Assembly: GCF_006345805.1 (NCBI RefSeq)
Contig: NC_043000.1
Location: forward strand, 144,770,001-144,834,000
Direction of reading: 5' to 3'
Source of the DNA: Octopus sinensis
Taxonomy: Eukaryota
Length of the DNA stretch: 64,000 nt
Positions 1 to 10,748 of the stretch are shown piece by piece. Within the stretch, counting starts at the first letter, position 1. The number at the start of each line of letters is the position of its first letter. A model generated the notes under the pieces. It was not told the origin of the DNA and ran no database searches. It saw only the letters and a list, made by a program, of their open reading frames with translations. Both the position numbers and the translations under genes were made by a program.

Positions 1-1509
1 TTCTATCGCAAGAGTAGACGACCGGTGCAATAGAGACGACAGGTGAAGGAGTCGATATTTTAGCGGTGGTAGGGGAGAGAGGATTTGAGGATGAGAGACA
101 CACATAACAGAACGGGTACTAGCAAATCTGTGACAACGACAATACACAAAAGCAGCAGCTCATTCATTGTCTCAAAAGGGCAGTTTGATCTTAGATAAAA
201 GTTCCTTGCTGTCTTTATGGTAGCATTTTTTCCTTTCCATTAAAAAGCACTCTGAGTATAATAAAACAGAGACCATCATAACATTTGTTTAAATTTAAAT
301 TTCTATTTTAAAGTGTGATCGAAGAAATATCTAAAGTTGTCTAAAGCATTCTACTATGTTTCGAAATCAATATTATGTTTAATTTCATGTTTGGTGTTGT
401 GATCCCGAAATTGTAGAGTTATAGATAAAATGGTATTTAGTTGCGTCAATTTTCAGTTAGGTTTTCAAAGATGTCGAGATCAATGATCCCAAATTTCACT
501 GCTTATTTCTAACTCGCTAACCAAAAATAAAAATATATCATATACTTATCAATTAAAATTATCAGAAATTTCATTAGGGTGTTTACGATATTGAATTGCA
601 TGACCGGCAATGTAAAGGGTCAGACGTATAACATACCTGTATAGGTTTTCAGCTCAAGTAAGGCACAATCTGGTTTGAGCTTCATATACCGAGGAAGATG
701 ATAATTTTAACTATTATTGCACTGATTAAACTGTCGTAATTTCCCAGCAATTTTGCAGTTATATGCGTTTAAAAGTTGATAAATTCTTTATTAACACTAT
801 TTCTAATGTGCGCCATTTTGTCAGTTTTCATAATGGCTCTCAGCTATATGTGACTCTTCCTATGGTAAACATAATGGCATATTCTATCTGGTTTTCTTTT
901 AAATATATATTAAATACTATCATGTAAGAAGAAGGCTGGACACATTTTAATAAACAATTAGTTGTTTACCATTTTCGAAGATATTCTGCAATAAAAAGCA
1001 CTCTTTCTCCGCCAAAAGAAGTTAAGCTTTGAAGCTTATCTCTTTCTAAGGAAACTTGTGTAGGCCTATATTAACACAGATATACCATCCATGTTGATGG
1101 TCGCACATAACTTGTGCTAATAAAAATAATTTACTTTGTTGAACTATGGACCCTCTCTGGGGAATAAATCTCTAGAAATGTTTAAGTTCAACCTAGAAAC
1201 TATATCTTAATAGAACTAAAACATATTGTATTGTGTAATAGGAATGATAGGTCAATAACTTTTACGATGTTATTTTGACTACCCTGTTTTATATCAATCG
1301 TATTGAGAGCATTTGATTTTTGAATATCTGCATGTCATCAATATTCGTAAAATTTAATACTGAGACAAATGCAGTAAGTTACTGTTCCTATATTTAGTAA
1401 TATATCTATGAGTTAATTTCAAAAGTTACTTTCAGAATAATTTCGTGTAAGCATGTAACAAACATTTTATAAAGAGGCACGCAATAATTCTCTCCTATTT
1501 TACCTCTTG

Positions 1510-1945
1510 ATAATAATAATGATGATAATAATGATGATGATAATGATGATGATAATGATGAGGATAATGATGATCATGATGATGATGATGATGATAATGA
1601 TAATGATGATAATGATGATGATGCTAATGATGATGATTATAATGATGATGATAATAATGGTGATGATAATGATGATGATAATGATGATGATAATGATGAT
1701 GATAACGATGATGATAATGATGATAATGATGATGATAATGATGATAATGATAATGATGATGATAATGATGATGATGATAATGATGATGATGATGATGATG
1801 ATAATGATGATGATAATGATGATGATGATGATGATGATATGGCACACTAGGCATAACATCAATACGAACTTCCTACCTGTTGCCTCTTGAGGTGTCTGGG
1901 TGAGACTTGGTGCCAACATGTACAAATATAAAGCAAAAGTCAAAC

Positions 1946-2005
<60 letters not shown>
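1510..2005. repeat. (ATG/ATA)n trinucleotide microsatellites
   Basis: 1510-1838 mixed ATG/ATA; 1947-2005 (ATA)n. Confidence 0.95.
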
Positions 2006-2006
<1 letters not shown>

Positions 2007-2690
2007 CGTGCCCTACAACTCCACATCAACGAACTCAAACATCCCAAAGTAAAGGACTTACAACAAAAACTTTTACCATACATATCCACGCAGAAATCCC
2101 AAACGATGAGGCCTTCGACAGCATCCTCCTGAACATCCATTTACTAAAAAGGGACCACACAGTCGATAAAATCCTCCAAACACACGCCATGATAAAGAGC
2201 AAAAGACAACCCAAGTCAATGAAAAGTATTGCAACACAAGCCCGATTACACTTGTCAACAACATAGAAACCAACAGTAAAAAATACAGATCTAAATGTGG
2301 TATACAGGTCAACCTAAATCAGGGATCAGAATTCTTTTTCAAACAGTGTCAGCGTTTTACAGTAAAATACAATTCCACATGTGCTTCAGAAAAAACCTAA
2401 TATATGTATTAAATGGCTCAGGGTGTCAAGAACAATGTATTGTGAAACTAAAATCAGTTTACCTCAGGGGATGACGGTACATAAAACCTAGATTAAAATA
2501 CGGGAATGCAGTAAAATAGGATTAAGCAAGCACATTGATATTTGCGCCACTGACGAACAACTCAACTTCAGAATATTTCCCCTCTATAAATTCAAGGACA
2601 AGGCAACTTATAGTCAGACCATCAGCAAACAAGCATACTTTATCGCAAAATTATAAACCTCTTTTGAAATTGTACTACCACAGATAGAAC
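2005..2690 (+). pseudogene. Decayed Neptune-like PLE thumb/linker/GIY-YIG fragment
   Basis: Frameshifted translation IKSKRQPKSMKS...NLIYVLNGSGCQEQCI-ETK..MTVHK..GLSKHIDICA..FRIFPLYK. Confidence 0.8.
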
Positions 2691-2879
2691 TACAACAAGA
2701 ATTTAGAACATTTCTAACCTCTACTGCTACGACCATAACAGGTCACTTTTAGGTCATTTGGCCATTAAAGAAGATTCTACGAACAATTTACTGTGACACA
2801 GCACTCCTGTATTTTTCTTTTCTTTTTCTATCTCCGTCTCCCTCTTCAGTCTCTACTCCTAGTTCTCCTCCTACTCTTT

Positions 2880-2954
2880 CTTCTTTTCTGCTTTCTTCTT
2901 CTTCTTCTTCTTCTTCTCTTCTTCTTCTTCTTCTTCTCTTCTTCTTCTTCTTCC

Positions 2955-2985
<31 letters not shown>

Positions 2986-3050
2986 CTTCTTCTTCTCTTC
3001 TTCTTCTTCTTCTTCTTCTACTTCTACTTCTCCTACGTTTTCTCCTTCTT
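2880..3050. repeat. (CTT)n microsatellite
   Basis: Seen directly. Confidence 0.95.
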
Positions 3051-3407
3051 CGGCTGCTCCTGCATAAACCATTCAATACTCTGTACCCTAGCTATTTCTT
3101 CAAATTTACTACTAGCTACCAACCCACTTACCAGGCATTCACAAACGAATAGAGAGAAGGAGACAGACTACCTGAAAACTAGGGAAATATTTAACTATTC
3201 AAAGACTATGAAAATATCTACAAAACATTTCACTTAATTTTTTTTTCTCCAATTTAATGGTTTTTCTTATATTACTCTAAGTTGAAGAAGCCAAATAAAT
3301 GTTTTTAGAGAGTAGACTGGTATCAGACGGGTAGTCATGATGGTATACTGGGCTTCGTATATTTTACCCCAGTGTCACTTTGATGGCATGCACTGCTCTC
3401 TCACTCA

Positions 3408-3457
3408 ATACTACTACTACTACTACTAATAATAATAATAATAACAACAACAACAAC

Positions 3458-3518
<61 letters not shown>
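3408..3518. repeat. Compound (TAC)(AAT)(AAC)(AAT)n microsatellite
   Basis: Seen directly. Confidence 0.9.
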
Positions 3519-3519
<1 letters not shown>

Positions 3520-3774
3520 TACATTTAATAGTGTCAATAATAGTAGTAGCAGAAGTACTGAATCTTTAGCTTGCTGCACAAAATGCTTAGTGGCAACTTG
3601 CCCGCCGTTATGTTCTGATTTCAAATTTCAAATTTTCCTTTCATCCTTTCGGAGTCCTTGAAGTAAATAATAATTCAACACTGGGATCGATACTTTCAAC
3701 ATGTCACCCTTTACGAAAGAGTTTCACAAAGTACGTAGGCTTTAATGAATGCGTCCATCCTAACTTCCAAGAAA

Positions 3775-4080
3775 TGCTTTTACAGGTTCAGTCCCACTGC
3801 GCGCCAAGTCGGATCAAGTATCATTACAATTGCTTCCTGCTGATCAATGATTGTAAATTAATTTAATGGACCAAAATTTTGTGGAAATTTATCATTTATA
3901 TATGTGTGTGAACGTGCGGATTTGTACGTGCAAGCAAACGCGTGTGCGTGTATCTTTGTATTTTTGCATCCACTGCTTGGCCACCGGTGATGGTTTGTCT
4001 ATGTTCCGTTACTTAACCTTTCTTCAAAAGAGAAGAACCTGAATTAATAGTATGTACTGGTGTCGATTTGACTCAGGATA
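3775..4080 (+). mobile_element. Degenerate SINE family 1 copy
   Basis: GGTTCAGTCCCACTGCG head and GGTGTCGATTTG.CTC tail similarity. Confidence 0.5.
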
Positions 4081-4179
4081 AACAAGCGAATACATATAAA
4101 AATAAGCCATTTGTTATCCTCTACAATCACAGGAACCACAACATTCTACAATCAGCCAAACAACACCTACCAATTCTAC

Positions 4180-4690
4180 AACAAACCACAAGTCTCCGAT
4201 AAATACTTAAGGAGTGACAGATCATCAACCACCGAAGATAACCACTGAATGTTTAGACACATCTAACCAAGTCGAGATTCACTTTAGAGAAATTAATCAT
4301 GGAAGTAACCAAGTGTGGAGACCCTTGATGTGGGACATGAGAATTAATCGAACAGGGATCAGTCAAAAAATTCAAAAATGGGAATGAATTAAAGGTAAAT
4401 GCAAAATTAACAGCAAACCCAAACTCTGATATACTGTATCACATGCAAAGGAGACTATGTTGGAGAAACAAAAGTAAAAATAACCAAGCGTGTAAATATG
4501 CAAAGCCACCAAATAAAACCTCCTCCGCTTAGATGCATACCGTGCTACAACCACTCAGACACATTTGCACAAGGGACATTCACAATATTCCCATTTTATA
4601 AAATAAATAGAAGAAAATGACCCACTTCGAAAGGCAAAGAAGACTATTTTATAAGGTTTCTGAATCCGAAACTCACCCGAAAAGAATCAA
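4180..4690 (+). pseudogene. Decayed Neptune-like PLE GIY-YIG fragment
   Basis: KCGDP*CGT...LIYCITC..DYVGETK..FTIFPFYK..LRKAK.DYFIRFLNPKL across frameshifts. Confidence 0.8.
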
Positions 4691-5651
4691 CAACTTTAAC
4701 TAAAACAACTTCTGCTATATACAATAGCCACAATGCGTGCTTGATAATGTTGAAAACTGAAAGTGATTGCACATTTATTAAAGCCTACACACAATTTGTG
4801 AAATTCCTTCCTATAGTAATATTTTTTGACGAAGTTTCACCACAAAAGCCTTCTGAAAATTATTTCATCTGAAGTAAACCTCGGAAGAAAAATAACTGTG
4901 AAAAACAAGTTACAACCTTGTCTAAATTCTCTTAGAGAACAGGGCAAAACGTAAACCAGCAATCTACACAAGCATATCCGAGTCGTACATCTCAAATTTC
5001 AATAAGCATTCGCTATCATTGTGCAACTTGATGTACATCAACAAATTGATTAAAAGGATATTTGCATATGTCTCATTCGAATGATTTGATTTCTTTTCGA
5101 GGATGACTCGAGTATTCGGCCTGAAGAATATTCTCTCGCAGCGACACTTGCTAACTCACCTGAATGTCATGGGGAGGTGAAATAACTCACCATTAATCTC
5201 GATTACGATTGATGAACATCGATATTTCCGGGCATACCTGTACACATTACGCACGCTATATGTATATAACTCGTTAACTGACAAAAGTATCCATCTCCAA
5301 TTCTGTTTGTATACGTGATGTCGATAAGCAACACAAATGGTGAAATATTGATGTCTATCTCGCCTATATTGGACCAGAGGTGACTTACCTCACCTGTCCA
5401 TGACTTCCAGCTATTCTAAATCCCGTCGCGTTCACACAGTATTCTCCTCTATAGTATATCGAATCCTACCGCCAAATACACAGTCGGTGTTAACGAAAGC
5501 GCTTACACACTAGCAAAGTACATGTTCCCCCAAAAGATTACTAACATCTTCATAAAACAATTCATAACATTATTTTTTTAAATAATTGTTTAAATATTTC
5601 ACTTTTACACTTCAAGAACTGTATTCAGAATTTATCATAGACCTTAACATA

Positions 5652-5810
5652 TCTAGTACATATGTGGGAAATTCTGTCTGTGGCTGTATTTGAGGAGTTG
5701 TTAGCTAACCCCTCCTACATCGTTTTATCGATTTCGATGAAACTTGACACGTGAGTAGAACTCATACACAGACTATTGAAAAAGTCGAGAATAGGACCCA
5801 TGGAAGGGAT

Positions 5811-5844
<34 letters not shown>

Positions 5845-6521
5845 GTGTGTGTGTATAACATTTTATTTTTAAAAACAAAGAGAAATAACCCTTTCAGTTT
5901 CGTAAATTATTAGGTAAAAATGGAATTGAGTATGTTTATTTCTTTGTATTTCAACTTTTAGAGTTATTTTTGCAATTTATCCACTACAACCGTTAAGCAA
6001 GTAATTAGTTTTTTCCTAAACGATAGATCCACATATTTGAGTTACTGACTTATTGACGAATATACCAACACTAGCGCCGCTGAGGGTAATATTCTATGGG
6101 AACGCACAAAAGCCCTTTTCAGAGTCATTTACTTTGAATTGTTATTATCTCATAACTCATTAGCTTGTTATTACGTAACATGCTTCCCGATTTTAGTATA
6201 CATTACTTATTAGTATTTCGTCCTATGTTCTATATATTGTGGGAACGCATTAAAGCACTTTCCAGGGCTACTTTATTTGAATTCTGAATACTGAGTAATT
6301 AATTTCATGTTATTACACAACTGGCTTCACAATTTTGGTATTCATAACTTATTGGGAATTCTTAAAAACAAGATCCTGTGGAAGACAGTTCGGTATTATC
6401 TGTAAATGCACAAAACCGCTACATAGTTTGTGTTGTTGTTATTGGATATGCGAAACACTTATGAGAACGGAACCAAGGGATAAGCCCTGTCTTCCCGGGA
6501 AATACCGGGTAGATCAGATAG
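5652..6521 (+). mobile_element. Non-autonomous Helitron-type element
   Basis: A|TC start. 3' hairpin CCCGG-GAAATA-CCGGG (6494-6509) followed by ATAG|T (degenerate CTAG). Internal (TA)n and a diverged ~143-bp duplication (~6096 / ~6239). Confidence 0.55.
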
Positions 6522-6552
6522 TAATATATATATATATATATGAATATATATT

Positions 6553-6590
<38 letters not shown>

Positions 6591-6617
6591 TACATACATA
6601 TTCAAAGAGACAAACAG

Positions 6618-6704
<87 letters not shown>

Positions 6705-7576
6705 CGTTAATCGCTAAGAAAGGACCAAGATATGGGTATTTATCCTTATAAGATTACCCAATGACCAATCATCCTCTGCTATATTTCAAAGTTATATTGC
6801 GTTCGAAATTTAGATTCTTGTCCCTAAAATGCATTCGACACGTTCGAATTTTGTTTATAAAATGTTGTGCATATCTGCGTCTATGTGCATGTGTCTGCGT
6901 GTGTGTAATAAATTCAAAAAATTCAAAAGAATTGAAACAAATAAACACGCGAAAATTTCACACGCATGACAGGACACTACTAACTCCTCATCAGTTATCG
7001 TCTAAAGATCTTTACATTTTCATGTCTTTAGCGATAATATTATTCATTTTAGTGGCATCATTAGCAAGAAGGTTAAGTAAATAGTGACGAAAACAAACAC
7101 TGCAAAATGCTAAAATGCAAGCATAATTAGATAAATATGCGCTACACACTAAAACAAGGTCTTGTGGCTATAATAAGGGAAATAAAATTTAATATAGGAA
7201 TGGGAACGAAAGAAAAAAGCTTAGTAAAACACCAAACCGTGTTCAAAGCAGAGGAGACGAGTGAAACGCTACTGGCGGATTAGCGATTAGACGAAAAAGG
7301 GTTTGAAAGCATTTTCATACGGTATGTTAAACTAAAACATTTTATATATTATATCAATTGTTTACTTAAAAATTTACATCTCAAATTACAAATTACGTGT
7401 TCCGTAATTTCCAGAATAGAAATTAAAATTTCATTTTATTATATTCCCAAATATCAGTTTAGTAATTTTGGCTTGCACACAAACTAATTAATATTCACAA
7501 ATTTCAATTGCTTTTAAGATGACCCAGAAGTAATAATGTCACGAAATATATACACATACATGTATGTATGCGATAC

Positions 7577-7637
<61 letters not shown>

Positions 7638-7739
7638 GTATTTTTCTGTGTGTGTGTATATATATGAAGAGAGAGAGAAAGACAGGCAGAGAGACAGACA
7701 GGCAGACAGATAGATAAATAGACAGACTGATAGATAGAT

Positions 7740-7770
<31 letters not shown>

Positions 7771-7943
7771 TAGATATATAGATAGATAGATAGATGCACA
7801 CACAATATTATAGTGAGAGCAGTTACGAGAAGTAAAGCCACCCGCTGGAAATAGACGTCAAACGTCCTATGCTACTTTATTAAATATACACACACGCTGA
7901 AATCGTGGGAATGAACAGATCGAAATTATCTTGAAAATGGTTA

Positions 7944-8005
7944 GTTATATGTCGAAACGATTTCAATGTTAGCGTGGTAATACACTCTCCTTTCATCAGT
8001 ATGGC
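7944..8005 (-). ncRNA. Degenerate copy of the 8497 hammerhead
   Basis: Minus strand GCCATA-CTGATGA-AAGG..CATT-GAAATCGTTTCGACA-TATAAC. The NUH uridine is mutated to C, and stems I and II are mismatched. Confidence 0.6.
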
Positions 8006-8496
8006 ATAACAAAAAAACTTAAATATAAACATGTATACATACCATATGGAAACAACGTATCGACAGAGCATATACAAATGTCCACACTTATATATCCGTG
8101 AAAAATCTATCGTGTTCATCTCAGCCACGTGTGTATAACCAAATTAATTCATCACTGAAAATATACCGGTTTAATATTTATCAATTAAATTTAAGGATAA
8201 ATTCCATATTAGATTTTATCAAGTAGCCAGCGTGCAAATCCAATCAAGTTAAAAATTAATACCAAGTATAATATTTTATAAATACCATATTATAGTAAGA
8301 GGGAAGTTATGAGTTGTAAAGCCACACGCTGAAAATAGACGCCAAAGGTCCTAAGCTAGCTTATCAAACATACACATGGCTGAGATGAACAAGATAGATT
8401 TTTCACGGATGTATAAGTGTGAACACTAGTGTATGCTGTGTGGGTAGGTTGTGTTCATAGATGTATAGATGTTTATATTCATGTATTTCTGGGTAT

Positions 8497-8547
8497 GTCA
8501 TACTGATGAAAGGAAACACTAACCTTGAAATCGTTTCGATATATGAC
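8497..8547 (+). ncRNA. Type I hammerhead ribozyme in a non-autonomous pLTR cluster
   Basis: GTCATA-CTGATGA-AAGG(9-nt loop)CCTT-GAAA-TCG(TTT)CGA-T-A-TATGAC. All three stems pair; cleavage triplet AUA. Confidence 0.85.
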
Positions 8548-9329
8548 TGAGCTTTTCCCAAACAATTTTCCGTTATTCATTCGCTCGATTTCAGCGCGTG
8601 TGTATATTTAATGAAATAGCTTAGGAACTTTGGCGTCTATTTTCAGCGTGTGGCTTTTCTTCTCGTAAATTCCCATCCTATAATATTGTATTTATGAAAT
8701 TATATACTTCGTATTAATTTTTACTTTATTGGTTTTGCCCGCCGGCTACTTGATAAAATCTCATAGAAATGTTATCCTTAAATGTATAAAATATAAATAA
8801 GGATCAAAATAATTAAAAATAAAATAACGATAAATTAAACAGTACATAAAAAAATATTAAAATATAGAAATATAAAAATACAATAAAAATGTATTAGCAA
8901 ATAGAATAATCGCAAACATAAGATAAAACAAATAGTTATAAATACGTAATGAATATAAATATAATTAAAAACTATATCTATTTAAATAACTACAGGCTTT
9001 TCAATAGTCAATATAAACTCTTGACCAAAGAGTCAAAACCTATTTATAAATGTTCTAAAATCTTCACAGCCTTGTTTTTTTATCTCATTCTGAAACAATT
9101 TATATATATATATATATATACTCATATAGACAATTAGTGTTTTTATGTGTGTTATTTTACATAAAACGGCTATATGTACTTGGATATGAGTGCACTTTGC
9201 TTTATAATGTGAAAATATACTTATATATATATATATATGTAGGTATGTAAGAATGTGTTTGTATCATTATATAATTTAGTAAAGCAAAGAAATAAAATGA
9301 GAAAAACTGTACTATATGCTTGAGTGTCT

Positions 9330-9512
9330 ATGTTTGTTCACCCACCATCGGTTAACAATGCTGGTGCGTTCATGTCCCCGTAACTTAGAGGTTCGACTAA
9401 AGGGACGGATAAAATAAGGCCTAGGCTTACAAATGATAAGTCCTGGGATCAATTTGTTCGACTAAAAGCGGTGCTCCAGCATGGCCGCAGACAAATGTAA
9501 CAAGTAAAAGAG
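9330..9512 (+). mobile_element. SINE family 1, 3' half
   Basis: Homologous to 23490-23680 (GCTGGTG..GTAACTTAG.GGTTCG..GCGGTGCTCCAGCATGGCCGCAG). Confidence 0.8.
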
Positions 9513-9931
9513 AGATTACAAATCTCATCAAGCGGACCATAACATTTCGCATAACTCAAAATTTTTCATTTAATTTTAAAACTTGTATTACTATCTTTTA
9601 AATCCAAATGAATTTACTAAGACTGGTGTTGTTAATTTTAGGACGTTTCTTAAAGCTATTCTCGGGATTTGCAAGTCTTCTCTTAATAAAACAATCAGTC
9701 GATCCTCACATTTGTTTGTATTTAGCTTTTACCTTTGAATTCTGTTAATGAATTAATTTACATATTTACTAACTCTATTTTCTCAGCTTTTATTGGATAA
9801 TACTTATAGCAATCCCTTATATATCGTTTAGATTTCTCTGGAACGAGTTGTGGATTAAACCAGTGAAATGTTTGGAAATATTAATCCCGTATTAGGATTA
9901 GACCGCCTCGAGGTGGTTATACATATATATA

Positions 9932-9974
<43 letters not shown>

Positions 9975-9979
<5 letters not shown>

Positions 9980-10552
9980 CACACACACACATAAAACATA
10001 ATATATATATTTTTTTTTCTGCCACCCAACGGTTCTGACGGCAGTAGCCACTGACAGCCGAACGATCAAACGCACACACGTACACAAAAATGTTTTCTAC
10101 CCCTACGCCAACACACATATATAGAACAGTATACACACACACACGTCTCTAAGTAGATTTTTTCTCGCCCCTTATAAAACATCCAATATTCCTTAAATAG
10201 TCAGAACTTTATTCTCGGTCACAAAGAACACCTACACACCCTCACCCACATGATTGACCGATGCCTGACCCGTTAAATTCTTCAGCCACCGGTTCTCAAC
10301 ATACACTGATAAACAGTTTCGCCATGGGCTCTTAGGAGCATAGTTCGATTTGTTTTTGCTCCGCCTCTGTTCTGTTTTTGTTTTTCCAACGGATTTCCTA
10401 TTTTCTTCCTGAAGAGAAAGACACAATATGGTCCCATTATTCAATCGGATTTTGGTAATTTGTGCCTTTCGAAACACGTGTAGAATGAAATAAAACGATT
10501 TCTGTTCAATCTGCGTTCAGCTCCATTTCTTCAATTCACCGATAATGTTTTA
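9975..10552 (+). repeat. 5' pseudo-LTR (5'-truncated tandem copy of the element 3' end)
   Basis: Matches 13596-14173 except for about 2 substitutions and small indels in microsatellite/homopolymer runs. Confidence 0.95.
10399..10492 (+). ncRNA. Type I hammerhead ribozyme, copy 1 (predicted cut after GUA 10482)
   Basis: Core CTGAAGA 10409-10415 and GAAA 10471-10474. Stem II GAAAGACACAA/TTGTGCCTTTC. Stem III AC-ACGT-GT (palindromic). Stem I TATTTT-C-TTC / GAA-T-GAAATA. Confidence 0.9.
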
Positions 10553-10748
10553 ATTTCAATTATCCGCACCAACGCACGGTTGCAACACCATATGGTTGTA
10601 CCTCCAACCGTGCTGTTTACTGCTGTGATTTTTGCTACTAAGGTATCGGTTAAACTTTTGATTAATCTACTACAAGATTATTCATCTTTCTATTTCACAT
10701 AATACATACCGCTTCGTCAAGAAACTGCTACTTTAACCGATACCAATA

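Larger units (their letters stand above)
7804..8783. mobile_element. Cluster of PLE pLTR copies: minus copy (7804-8140), minus partial (~8180-8375), plus copy (~8372-8783)
   Basis: Segments such as AAAGCCAC.CGCTG.AAATAGACG recur at ~7830 and ~8320 and inverted at ~8630-8660. Hammerheads are present in two copies. Confidence 0.8.

Noticed and set aside
1500-3661. Poly-Ile/Met/His/Ser/Glu/Asn ORFs
   Set aside because: Translations of ATG/ATA, CTT and AAT microsatellites. The same applies to the many (YI)n and (CV)n ORFs across the window.
10232-10477. 81-aa minus-strand ORF repeated identically at 13853-14098
   Set aside because: Identity simply reflects the pLTR duplication. It is antisense to the hammerhead and has no recognisable motif.
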